The notes: generated by a model from the sequence alone, not told the origin. 32,000 nucleotides of DNA from Thermodesulfobacterium commune DSM 2178 (GCF_000734015.1 NZ_CP008796.1:870001-902000), one strand, 5' to 3'. Shown: positions 8,871 to 17,730, counted from the stretch's first letter. Made by a program: numbers and translations.

Positions 8871-9365
8871 ATGGAACGAAAAATTTTGTGGGCTCCCTGG
8901 AGAGGAGAATACGTATCAGGTAAAAAAGACCTTGGTTGTATTTTTTGCCCTCCTGAAGGGAATCTGCCTGATGAAGAAAGACTCATACTTTATAGAGATC
9001 CTTTTGTTTTGGTTATCATGAACAAATTCCCTTATAATGCCGGGCACCTTCTGATAGCTCCAAAAAGACATGTGGCTGAACTCGAACAACTAACCCCTGA
9101 GGAGGTCACCGCTTTGATGAAAATGGCTCAAGAAGCCATCAAGATTTTGAAAGAAGTCTTCAAACCCCATGGGTTTAACGTTGGGTTTAACTTAGGGAAA
9201 GTGGCAGGAGCTGGATATCCTGACCATCTACACCTACAAATAGTCCCCAGATGGGAGGGAGATGTTAACTTTTTGGCTGTCCTTGATGAAGTAAGGGTAA
9301 TCTCCCAACATCTTTTAACTCAATACCGTATCTTATTCCCTTATTTTCAAAAAATTAAGCTTTAA
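8871..9365 (+). CDS. HIT-superfamily nucleotide transferase/phosphorylase-like protein with an HxHxQ variant motif
   Basis: 164 aa. N-terminus LWAPWRGEYV, triad region DHLHLQIVPRW. SD AAGGGGGA upstream. Confidence 0.85.
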   Translation: MERKILWAPWRGEYVSGKKDLGCIFCPPEGNLPDEERLILYRDPFVLVIMNKFPYNAGHLLIAPKRHVAELEQLTPEEVTALMKMAQEAIKILKEVFKPHGFNVGFNLGKVAGAGYPDHLHLQIVPRWEGDVNFLAVLDEVRVISQHLLTQYRILFPYFQKIKL

Positions 9366-9541
9366 AACTTTTTTTTAAAGTTTTATAACATCCTTCTGTC
9401 AAAAATTTGACTTCCTAGTACAAACACTATTCATAGTATACTAACCTTTTAAAACAAAAATTTTCTAAGCTTTTTAAACGGTATGTTTTTTGATAACTAA
9501 TGCTATAGTAAAAACATTAGATCTTTATTTTGGAGGAAATA

Positions 9542-11683
9542 ATGCTTACCGTTCAAGCCAAAACCAAACTAAGTTTTGAGTTTAACGGTTATCAATTTAA
9601 CCTAAAACCTGGGGAAAAGCTGCTTTTTGCTAACGATGTGTTTGGTCTTTTACCTGCCAACCTTCAAACTCAGTTTGAGAAAACCTATTCTGTCCTTCCT
9701 CCTTTTTATGATGGAGAGGACCTAAACGGAAAAACCCTTTTTGTGTTTATGCAAGGTGCCATAGGGGATGTGCTTTGTTCTACGGTGGCTTTACGTGAAA
9801 TCAAAAGACGCTATCCAAAAAGTAAACTCTGGGTAAGTGTTTCTGGAAGGGCTCGTATAGTCTTAGAAAACCTGCCTTATATAGATAAACTTTTACCTCA
9901 TCCTGCTCCTATAAAAGAGGTGGTAAAAGCTAACTACATGGTTAAGGCAGTAGAAATGGTTAATTCCCCTCATTTTGATAACCTAAACATGGTAGAATGG
10001 TTTTTATGGAAGTTTAAACTTTATTTTGCTGAAGACGAAACCCCTGACGTTTGGGTTGACTTAAACGTGGTAGAGGAGATAAAAAAAATATTTGAAGAAA
10101 TCAAAAAGGTTTCCGGAAAAGACAAGATACTGCTTTTTCACTATCTTGCTTCTTCTATCCACAGAACCCTTCCTCCTAAACTCCTTAAAGAAATAGAAGA
10201 CCTAATTTCTAAAGAGTTTGTTCCTGTTATTTGTAGTCTACCTGACGAAGATTTAACAGTAGAGGTAACCCTTGATGTTTACGGGATAAAAGCAGCCAAC
10301 CTTTCTGCCTTAATGAAAGACCTCAGGTATTTGATAGCTGCTGTTTACTTATCTGACGCAGTCATCACTGCAGATACTTCTACTTTACACATAGCAGGAG
10401 GCCTTAAAAAACCTACAGTTTTTATAACCGGTCCTATTGAAGGTAGACTGAGATCTGACACTTATCCAACGGTTATTCCAGTTCGTCCTAAATACACAGG
10501 ACAAACCTGCAAATCTCCCTGTGGAATCCATGCTATTAATGAACCCTGTTCAGAGGCTAAGGTTAAGCATCAGTTTTACAGCCCCTGTATCGAAAGCATC
10601 CCTCCTAAAGTGATTTATTTTGCTTTAAAAGATGCTCTGTTAGCCTGTCAAGAAAACTATGAAAAACCAGAAAGCTGCCCCTTGTGTAGTTTTAAAGGAC
10701 CGTTTAGCCTGTTTGAGGTCATAAACCAGCACCGCATTTTTGAATGCCCAAGCTGTGGACTTCAATTTGGTTATCCTCGTAAAAGTATGGACTATGATAT
10801 AGCCTATGAACAAAAGATTGATGACCTTTTAAGTTTTGGAGATACAGCTTACAAAAATTATCAACAATTAGAAAAAGAGGAGGACAAAGAACTAAAAAAA
10901 TGGAAAGGTCTTCCCAGGTTTAACGTATTGCTTCCTATTTTAGAGGTTTTACCTAAGGGTAAACTTTTAGACGTAGGATGTTCAAGTGGTAATTTTATGT
11001 TGATTGCTAAGGCTAAAGGGTTTGAGGTTTACGGAATAGATGCAAGTGAAAAAGCGGTTGAACTTGCCAAAAAATACTACAAACTTAGGGTAGCTAAAGC
11101 CTTAACCTTTGAAGAACTCCCTTCAGATTTTAAAGGCCCCTATAAGGTAATCACAGCCTTTGAGGTAATCGAACATGTAGAAAACCCTTTAACCTTTCTT
11201 AAGGAAATCTACGAACTTTTAGAAGAAGGGGGAGCCACCATTATCAGCTGTCCTCCTTATTTTGCTTTTAAACATTTAGCCAAATCCTATCTAAAATACC
11301 AATGGTGGGGCAATGACTACCCACCTCATCACCTAAACCGTTTTAAACCCTGGACCTTGTATTACGGTTTAAAACTTGCCGGGTTTGATGAGGTAGTCAT
11401 TTTTACAGAACCTTTAATCCCAGGGACCGTGCTTGAAGGAATAACTCCTAAAAGCGCCGAGGTAGAGTTAGATGAAGGACAAAGACTTTTCATTCCTTCA
11501 AGATTTACGGCTAATCTGGTTTTAGCAAACCTCACCCCTCTATACATCAACGCACGATACTTAGGAAACTTTCAGTATGCTATAGGAATAAAAGGAAAAA
11601 GTGGGCTTAACTGGGAAAAAATTATTCAAAGGGCAATAAATATTTCTGCGGTAGACATACTGTGGAAGGATGATAAAATCTAA
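9542..11683 (+). CDS. fusion protein: GT9 (heptosyltransferase-like) glycosyltransferase + Cys4 zinc ribbon + class I SAM-dependent methyltransferase
   Basis: GT9-like blocks: GAIGDVLCSTVALREIKRRYP, ADTSTLHIAGGLKKPTVFITGP, and a Cys-rich tail TCKSPCG...PC. Zinc ribbon CPLCS-x18-CPSCG (about 10676..10756). SAM motif I LLDVGCSSGNF (about 10964..10996). I prefer the ATG at 9542, 5 nt after GGAGG, over the track's TTG at 9530. Confidence 0.8.
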   Translation: MLTVQAKTKLSFEFNGYQFNLKPGEKLLFANDVFGLLPANLQTQFEKTYSVLPPFYDGEDLNGKTLFVFMQGAIGDVLCSTVALREIKRRYPKSKLWVSVSGRARIVLENLPYIDKLLPHPAPIKEVVKANYMVKAVEMVNSPHFDNLNMVEWFLWKFKLYFAEDETPDVWVDLNVVEEIKKIFEEIKKVSGKDKILLFHYLASSIHRTLPPKLLKEIEDLISKEFVPVICSLPDEDLTVEVTLDVYGIKAANLSALMKDLRYLIAAVYLSDAVITADTSTLHIAGGLKKPTVFITGPIEGRLRSDTYPTVIPVRPKYTGQTCKSPCGIHAINEPCSEAKVKHQFYSPCIESIPPKVIYFALKDALLACQENYEKPESCPLCSFKGPFSLFEVINQHRIFECPSCGLQFGYPRKSMDYDIAYEQKIDDLLSFGDTAYKNYQQLEKEEDKELKKWKGLPRFNVLLPILEVLPKGKLLDVGCSSGNFMLIAKAKGFEVYGIDASEKAVELAKKYYKLRVAKALTFEELPSDFKGPYKVITAFEVIEHVENPLTFLKEIYELLEEGGATIISCPPYFAFKHLAKSYLKYQWWGNDYPPHHLNRFKPWTLYYGLKLAGFDEVVIFTEPLIPGTVLEGITPKSAEVELDEGQRLFIPSRFTANLVLANLTPLYINARYLGNFQYAIGIKGKSGLNWEKIIQRAINISAVDILWKDDKI

Positions 11684-11698
11684 AAAGGAGGGTTAATA

Positions 11699-12424
11699 AT
11701 GTTTACTCCGTCTCAACTTTTTAAAAATCCTGTTATCCTTGAACCAGAAGAACATAAAAATTTAAAGGTTCTAAAACCTGATAACTATTCCTTTATGGAA
11801 GGGGTAGAAATCATACCCCTTGGCTATTCAGAAATACTTCCGGCTACGATGTATTATCCCGTGTTTTTTGGTATGTCTGAGGGGATGGTTTTTCCTTTTG
11901 CTGTGCTTGGGGTCCAAGGCAAGAATCCTTATTTAACCAAGGAGGGAAGTTTTAAGATAGACTATATTCCCAAGTTAGTAAAGTTTTATCCCTTTGGGCT
12001 GGTTTATCTTAGAGAAGAAGGGAAAGAAAACTTTCTGGTTGCTGTGGACGAGAGATTTACCACAACCGAAGAAGGAGAGCCCCTTTTTACCGAAACAGGA
12101 GAAGAGACTTCTTTCTTTGCTGAGGTAAAGAAAAAACTCACTGATTTAGCTTTAGACTTAAAGAAAGCTCTAGAGTTTAGTCAGGATCTTTTAGTAAAAG
12201 GTTGTATCACCCAGACATCTTTTGTGATGAACGGACCTTTAGGAAAGGTTGAGTTTAAAAATCTGTTTCTTGCAAACATCGAAACCTTAAGACGTCTTCA
12301 GCCTGAAAAACTTTATTATCTAAACACTTCAGGATACCTTCCTGTACTTTATGGAGCCTATTTTAGTGTCAGAAATTTTAAGATTTTTGAACTATTGTAT
12401 AGTGTAACCATAGAAATTTATTAA
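11699..12424 (+). CDS. SapC-family protein, function unknown
   Basis: 241 aa. The N-terminal pattern NPVILEPEEHKNLKV...SF...IIPLGYSEI..A...YPVFF and the later YIPKLVKFYPFGL resemble the SapC family (PF07277) as I recall it. SD AAGGAGGG lies 7 nt upstream and 15 nt after the preceding stop. Confidence 0.65.
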   Translation: MFTPSQLFKNPVILEPEEHKNLKVLKPDNYSFMEGVEIIPLGYSEILPATMYYPVFFGMSEGMVFPFAVLGVQGKNPYLTKEGSFKIDYIPKLVKFYPFGLVYLREEGKENFLVAVDERFTTTEEGEPLFTETGEETSFFAEVKKKLTDLALDLKKALEFSQDLLVKGCITQTSFVMNGPLGKVEFKNLFLANIETLRRLQPEKLYYLNTSGYLPVLYGAYFSVRNFKIFELLYSVTIEIY

Positions 12425-12428
12425 ATTT

Positions 12429-13169
12429 TTATCCGCTATCCTTGTTTTGATTCTTTTGGGCTAAGGCTTTTTCTATTTCTTCGGCGATCTCTATACATGT
12501 TTTTTCAGGAGAAAAGGCTTCTCTGATAGGTCTTCCTATCACAAGATAGTCTGCACCAGAAAGGATGGCTTCATAAGGGGTGACTACTCTTACTTGGTCG
12601 TCCTTTCTTGCTCCTTCCAACCTAATACCCGGGACCACAGTAAACAACTCAGGATAGACTTCTTTTATTTGAGATGTTTCTTTGGCTGAACAAACTATCC
12701 CATCACAACCAGCTTTATAAGCAATCTTGGTTAACCTTAAAACCAAGTCTTTAACCTCCCTTACCAGTTCAGCGTTAAAGCCTAATTCCATAAGGTCTGC
12801 TCTCTCAAGTGAGGTTAAAACCGTAACAGCTAATATTTTTAGGTTGTTGTAAGCGGCACTTACCGCGCTTTTTAAACTTTCTGCCCCAGAAAGAGCATGA
12901 ACGGTTATCCAATCAACCCCTAAATTAGAGGCTACCCTTATAGTCCTAAGTACAGTGTTCGGGATGTCGTTTAATTTTAAATCTAAAAAGATTTTGTTAT
13001 TGCATCTCTTTTTTATCTCTTCTATTACTTTGGGGCCACAACTTGTATAAAGTTCAAAACCAACTTTAAAGACCCCTACCAAGTCCTTTAGTCTATCTAC
13101 CCATCTTAAAGCCTCATCTATAGTTGGGACATCTAAAGGGAATACTATCCTATCACGAGGGTTCATCAT
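12429..13169 (-). CDS. pyrF: orotidine 5'-phosphate decarboxylase
   Basis: 246 aa. Motifs IVFPLDV, FKVG, FLDLKLNDIPNT, LVIGRPI. Confidence 0.92.
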   Translation of the reverse strand: MMNPRDRIVFPLDVPTIDEALRWVDRLKDLVGVFKVGFELYTSCGPKVIEEIKKRCNNKIFLDLKLNDIPNTVLRTIRVASNLGVDWITVHALSGAESLKSAVSAAYNNLKILAVTVLTSLERADLMELGFNAELVREVKDLVLRLTKIAYKAGCDGIVCSAKETSQIKEVYPELFTVVPGIRLEGARKDDQVRVVTPYEAILSGADYLVIGRPIREAFSPEKTCIEIAEEIEKALAQKNQNKDSG

Positions 13170-13611
13170 GGTTCAACTCTTTTATTTGGGTTAGAAATTC
13201 TTCTACGTCTTTAAAGTCCTTATAAACTGAAGCAAAACGTATATAAGCCACCTTATCCCAAGCCTTTAAAGCCTGCATTACCCGTTCTCCCAGATATCCA
13301 GAAGGCACCTCTTTTTCTCCCCTTTGAATAAGGTCAAGCTCAAGCTCGTTTACAAAACTTAAGATAGCCTCTTCGCTGATAGACCTTTTGTGACAAGCCT
13401 TTCTTATGCCTGAAATAAGCTTTTCCCGATTATAAGGTTCTCTTCTTCCATCCTTTTTAACTATCATGATATCTAACTCAAGTTTTTCATAGGTAGTAAA
13501 CCTGTATCCACAATTGGTACATTCTCGCCTTCTTCTTATGGTATACCCTTCTTCTATAACCCTTGAGTCTATGACTTTGGTTTCTAAGACCTTACATCTT
13601 GGACATTTCAT
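13153..13611 (-). CDS. nrdR: transcriptional repressor NrdR (zinc ribbon + ATP-cone)
   Basis: 152 aa. MKCPRC...VIDSR...RRRRECTNCGYRFTTYE, followed by an ATP-cone. Overlaps pyrF by 17 nt. Confidence 0.93.
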   Translation of the reverse strand: MKCPRCKVLETKVIDSRVIEEGYTIRRRRECTNCGYRFTTYEKLELDIMIVKKDGRREPYNREKLISGIRKACHKRSISEEAILSFVNELELDLIQRGEKEVPSGYLGERVMQALKAWDKVAYIRFASVYKDFKDVEEFLTQIKELNHDEPS

Positions 13612-13669
13612 AGAGAATTATTATACTTTATTTTGAAAATTTTTAAATTATACGTATCTGTTAAATAAG

Positions 13670-14632
13670 CTAAACTAACTTGATAATTTTAGCGACAAAA
13701 AAGCCTACGGCATCTATTTTATGAGTATAATACCTTTTAGTAAGCCTTAGGTCTGGATGATAAGGTTTGCCTTCCCATTCAGTAACTCCTTCATGATAAG
13801 GAAGAGGAGAAACCCAATCTACCAGTTTAGCCTGTCTTTTTCGCAAAAGATAGTCTACTACTTCCTCGTTTTCTTTTGGGTTTATCGTACAGGTGCTATA
13901 AACCAACACCCCTCCTGGAGATAAAAGGTCAAAGGCTCTTACTAACAAACCCTTTTGAATAGATTGAAGGTTGGTTTTACCATGTCCTTTTTGATAAAGT
14001 ATTTCACCTTCAAGCCCTACCCTATATCTTCCTTCTCCAGAACAAGGGGCATCGACCAACACCTTATTAAAAGGAATCCCAAAGGGGAACTGTTCTCCTC
14101 GATAACGGGTAGTTATGGCAGAAGCAACCCCTAAACGTTTAAGATTGGCTACCAAAGCGGTTAAACGGTCTACTCTTTTGTCGTTAGCTACCACGGTAGC
14201 TTTATCTTGGGTTAAAATGGCTATAAGACAAGTTTTCCCTCCTGGAGCAGCACATAAATCAAGCACTAAATCTCCTGGTTTAGGATCAAGGGCTATTACA
14301 GGAAGACTACTCGCTAAGGTCATAGAATGGATTAAACCTAAACTATACTCCTCTAAATTTCCTAACGAAACCTCTTCGTTGTTAACCACCCTATAAAAAA
14401 AAGGAACCTCTTGAACCGGTTCAAACTGAATATTTTTTTGTCTTAAAATTTCTAAAAGACGCTCCTTCTCCTCGTGAGTTCTTATCTTTAGGGTGTTTAT
14501 ACAAAAATACTGACGATGCTGTTTTTTTAAACATTCTAAAAACTCTGAATAATCAGGGATCAAATCCTGATATTGTGCAAAATACTCTTTATAGTCCAAA
14601 GGTCTGTGGTTTTTAACCCTTTCCTTTCCCAT
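13670..14632 (-). CDS. NOL1/NOP2/Sun-family RNA (cytosine-C5)-methyltransferase (RsmB/RsmF-like)
   Basis: 320 aa. SAM site DLCAAPGGKT, motif IV VLVDAPCSGEG, motif VI LVYSTCT. Confidence 0.85.
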   Translation of the reverse strand: MGKERVKNHRPLDYKEYFAQYQDLIPDYSEFLECLKKQHRQYFCINTLKIRTHEEKERLLEILRQKNIQFEPVQEVPFFYRVVNNEEVSLGNLEEYSLGLIHSMTLASSLPVIALDPKPGDLVLDLCAAPGGKTCLIAILTQDKATVVANDKRVDRLTALVANLKRLGVASAITTRYRGEQFPFGIPFNKVLVDAPCSGEGRYRVGLEGEILYQKGHGKTNLQSIQKGLLVRAFDLLSPGGVLVYSTCTINPKENEEVVDYLLRKRQAKLVDWVSPLPYHEGVTEWEGKPYHPDLRLTKRYYTHKIDAVGFFVAKIIKLV

Positions 14633-15272
14633 TCAACAAAACCTCTTTAAGCTCGGTATGGTCTTTTACTATCAGGTCTGCCAACCTTAGGTGTTCCTCA
14701 GGTAAGGTGGTAGTAATAGCTACACAAAAAAGATTTGCCCTTTTGGCTGAAGTCACTCCTGCAGGAGAATTTTCTACCACCAAACCTTGTTCTATCGAGA
14801 CATTAAAAGCCTTTAACGCCTCTAAATACGGATCTGGATGAGGCTTTCTTTTCTTTATTTTATCCCCTGTAAGTACTACCGAAAAATAAGAATAAAAACT
14901 CTTAGGTAAAACTTTCTCTAAAATTTCTGCATGAGAGCTGGTAACCAGGGCTAAACCTTTCTTTTCTTTTTTTAAGGTTTCTAAAATACCTGGAACCTCA
15001 GGAAAAGGTTTGACTTTCGAGGCATAACGACTAAGAAAAATAGCCTTTTGTTTTTTAAAGAGAGCCTCGAAGAAATCTTTGTCTATGTTAAATCCTTTTT
15101 GCAGAAAAATGTCTCGGACCATCTCAAACTCTATAGCCCCTTCGTATAGATACACCTCTTCTTCTTTAAACTTTATACCATATTCAGCCAGAGCCTCTAT
15201 CCAGGCTTTAGCATGATAAGGCATACTGTCTATTAGAGTTCCGTCAAGGTCAAAAAAAACAAAGGGCTTCAT
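14613..15272 (-). CDS. HAD-superfamily phosphatase (beta-phosphoglucomutase-like subfamily)
   Basis: 219 aa. Motif I FFDLDGTLIDS, motif II LVTSS, later K...P...ENSPAG. Overlaps the downstream methyltransferase gene by 20 nt. Confidence 0.85.
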   Translation of the reverse strand: MKPFVFFDLDGTLIDSMPYHAKAWIEALAEYGIKFKEEEVYLYEGAIEFEMVRDIFLQKGFNIDKDFFEALFKKQKAIFLSRYASKVKPFPEVPGILETLKKEKKGLALVTSSHAEILEKVLPKSFYSYFSVVLTGDKIKKRKPHPDPYLEALKAFNVSIEQGLVVENSPAGVTSAKRANLFCVAITTTLPEEHLRLADLIVKDHTELKEVLLNGKGKG

Positions 15273-15285
15273 ATATGGTCCTTTT

Positions 15286-15561
15286 TTAATCCCTGTCTAA
15301 AACTTTTTTGACATAAATCTCAAATTGATTGAGATCAAGCCCTTCCAAGTTTACCAGTTTTTTAGGTTGAGTTTTTCCTTTGAGAATTTTTATCTGCTTC
15401 TCTGAAATGTTAAAAATTGTGCTCAAAAATCGGATTAAGGCTTCGTTAGCCTGGTTATTTTGAGGTTTGGCCTTAAGCTCTACCTCTAAAAAATTAGGGA
15501 GTTTATAACCTGAAATACGGTCTTTCTTTTTTTCTGGATGAACCTTTATCTCTAACACCAT
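15286..15561 (-). CDS. DUF167 / YggU-family small protein
   Basis: 91 aa. The size, the pattern (KVHPEKKKD...ELKAKPQNNQANEALIRFLS) and its position next to yggT fit the YggU family. Confidence 0.7.
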   Translation of the reverse strand: MVLEIKVHPEKKKDRISGYKLPNFLEVELKAKPQNNQANEALIRFLSTIFNISEKQIKILKGKTQPKKLVNLEGLDLNQFEIYVKKVLDRD

Positions 15562-15571
15562 AACAGGAATT

Positions 15572-15856
15572 TTAGAAAAATAGATATCTGGTTACTAAGT
15601 ACTGCATCAGGTTTTGAACAAAGTAAATCAAGAAAATCACCAATATAGGGCTCAAGTCTAAACCAGCTATCGGTGGGATAATCCTTCTTGCTGGCCCAAG
15701 CACAGGTTCAGTTACCCTATATAAAAACCTTACTACCGGATGATAAGGATAGGGGTTTACCCAAGAGATAATACACCTTGCGATGATAATCCATACATAA
15801 ACACTTAACAAAAGGTCTATCACCTGGTAAAGAGATTTTAATAGAATGCTTAGCAT
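15572..15856 (-). CDS. yggT: YggT-family membrane protein
   Basis: 94 aa, two TM segments. Motifs ARCIISWV and DLSPIL are typical of YggT. Its start abuts the phoH stop (TAAATG). Confidence 0.8.
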   Translation of the reverse strand: MLSILLKSLYQVIDLLLSVYVWIIIARCIISWVNPYPYHPVVRFLYRVTEPVLGPARRIIPPIAGLDLSPILVIFLIYFVQNLMQYLVTRYLFF

Positions 15857-16849
15857 TTAACCTTTCTTCTCCTTTTGTTCTTTTTTTTCATAGGCCTCTA
15901 TAATTCGTTGAACGATAGGATGTCTTACTACGTCACTCTTAGTAAAGTAAATAAAAGAAATACCTTCAATACCCTCAAGAACTTCCATAGCCTCAAGAAG
16001 ACCTGATTTTTTAGGATCAGGCAAATCTATCTGGGTCACGTCTCCGGTGATAACTGCTTTAGAATTTTGCCCAAGACGGGTCAAGAACATTTTCATCTGC
16101 TCAGAGGTTGTGTTTTGAGCTTCATCCAAGATGATAAAGGCCTCATTCAAGGTTCTTCCTCTCATAAAGGCTAAGGGAGCTATCTCTATCGCCCCTTTTT
16201 GAAACAACCTTGCCACCTTATCAAAGGAAAGCATATCATAAAGAGCATCATACAAAGGCCTAAGATATGGATTAACCTTTTCTGCAATGTCACCAGGTAG
16301 AAAACCTAATTTTTCTCCTGCCTCTACCGCAGGTCTGACTAAAATAAGTCTGTTAACCTCTCCTTTCATCAGGTAAGAAACCGCCATAGCAACAGCCAAA
16401 TAAGTTTTTCCCGTACCAGCAGGTCCTATCCCAAAAACTATTTCAGACCTTCTGATGGCCTCTATATATTTTTTTTGCGTAATACCCTTAGGGGTAATAA
16501 CCTTACGCCCTGAGGTAACAAAGATGGTATCTAAAAAAATCTCCTTAAGGTTAGCTTTTGGGTTTTCAAGGATAATCCTTGAGGCATATTCTACGTCTGA
16601 AGGATAGATGGTATATCCTGATTTTATTAATCCATAAAGCTCAGCTATGGTTTTTTCCGCAAGCTCAAGGTCTATAGGCTCTCCTTTGATAAAGATGTGA
16701 TTTCCCTTAAGAGAAATCTGAACCCTAAAAAAATTTTCTAAAATTTTAAAATTGTTTCCCCTTTCTCCATAAAGGGTTCTAACAATAGGATAATCCTCTA
16801 AAACCACTTCTTTAACGCTTAATTCTGGTTTTACTTCCTGTAAACTCAT
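15857..16849 (-). CDS. phoH: PhoH-like ATPase (YbeZ type)
   Basis: Walker A GPAGTGKT, Walker B ILDEAQN, and ITGDVTQIDLP. I prefer the ATG at 16849 (MSLQEV...), downstream of GAGGTG, over the track's TTG at 16867. Confidence 0.9.
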   Translation of the reverse strand: MSLQEVKPELSVKEVVLEDYPIVRTLYGERGNNFKILENFFRVQISLKGNHIFIKGEPIDLELAEKTIAELYGLIKSGYTIYPSDVEYASRIILENPKANLKEIFLDTIFVTSGRKVITPKGITQKKYIEAIRRSEIVFGIGPAGTGKTYLAVAMAVSYLMKGEVNRLILVRPAVEAGEKLGFLPGDIAEKVNPYLRPLYDALYDMLSFDKVARLFQKGAIEIAPLAFMRGRTLNEAFIILDEAQNTTSEQMKMFLTRLGQNSKAVITGDVTQIDLPDPKKSGLLEAMEVLEGIEGISFIYFTKSDVVRHPIVQRIIEAYEKKEQKEKKG

Positions 16850-16927
16850 CAATCCATTACACCTCAACTTTAAAATTTAGTTAGTTAAATAATAAATAAT
16901 AAATCGAGATTTTCAAGTGCTTAAAAA

Positions 16928-16944
16928 GAAACCCCCGCGGTTTT
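16928..16944 (-). terminator. weak hairpin plus T-run downstream of the MCP-like gene
   Basis: Minus strand AAAACC-GCGGG-GGTTT followed by CTTTTT. The stem is only about 5 bp, so support is weak. Confidence 0.25.
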
Positions 16945-17016
16945 GATTTAGAATATTCAACACTCAATTTAAATTTCGGCAGGTAAAAACTGAAAGGTTA
17001 ATCATTTTGACAAACT

Positions 17017-17730
17017 TTACCAGTTTTTAAAAAGTTCTATTTTGGGGGCTTCCTCTTTTATTTTGGTCTCTTCATTAAAAACCTCAGCGTGAACTCTTCT
17101 CTGGTCTGCCATGATATAATCTTGTTTCATTTTCTCAACCAAAACCTTTATCTCCTCAGGTTTTTCTTCTTTATCAGGGTTATCTACCCAGCGTAAACGT
17201 CTTCTGCTATATTCAGAAATCTCAGAACATACCTCACAAAACTTTTCAAGTCTTTGTCTTACTACATCTTGGAATTGAACCTTCCCAAGCAAATCAGAGA
17301 TGGTGTTAAAGATGATGGTATTTTTCTTGTCTATCTCACCGACAAGTTTTGCAATCAAACTACCTACCTGTTCAAAATCTCTCTCCATTTTTTGTGTTGA
17401 TTTTTTCATAGCCTCAAGCATCAAAGAAAGCTCTGTGTTTTTTAACTGGGCCTAAAAAAATTCATAGCTTTTATCCATTTCTTCCTGTAGTGTTTTCATT
17501 TTAAAAAGAATATCCTTTACTATACTCTCAATTTTTATCGCAAGTTTCCTTATTTCATCAGCAATCACAGAGAATCCAGCCCCTGCCTTTCCAGCACGAG
17601 CTGCCTCTATGCTTGAGTTTATAGCTAAAATGGTTATCTGTTCGGAGATGTCTTTAATGTGGTTTAAAACAGTAAGCATTAAGTCTACCTTTTGCTGTAA
17701 ACTGTAAATTCTGCCAAAACCCTCCTGCAA
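17017..17730 (-). pseudogene. methyl-accepting chemotaxis protein signalling-domain gene, N-terminally truncated and interrupted by one in-frame TAG
   Basis: Track ORFs 17452..17730 and 17017..17424 share a frame. The junction reads ...KSYEFF-TAG(17454..17452)-AQLKNTELSL-MLEAMKK... MCP hairpin-tip signature [31 protein letters not shown]. No ATG or SD at the 5' end, and an in-frame TAA at 17736..17734. Confidence 0.55.

Noticed and set aside
9480-9492. The 13-nt exact match GGTATGTTTTTTG shared with 31848..31860, both upstream of plus-strand genes.
   Set aside because: In 32 kb of AT-rich sequence several 13-mer coincidences are expected by chance. Distances to the start codons differ (about 62 versus 97 nt), and nothing flanking is conserved.
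9530-9541. TTG-initiated extensions in the track for the GT9 fusion (9530), lon (23756) and phoH (16867).
   Set aside because: In each case an ATG a few codons downstream sits at proper distance from a GGAGG, GGGAG or GAGGTG SD that the TTG start would place inside the coding region.
17452-17454. The in-frame TAG in the MCP-like gene as a pyrrolysine codon.
   Set aside because: No pyl genes or PYLIS-like context are visible. Pyl is confined to methylamine methyltransferase contexts, and the gene also lacks a proper 5' end. A nonsense mutation or sequencing error is far more likely.
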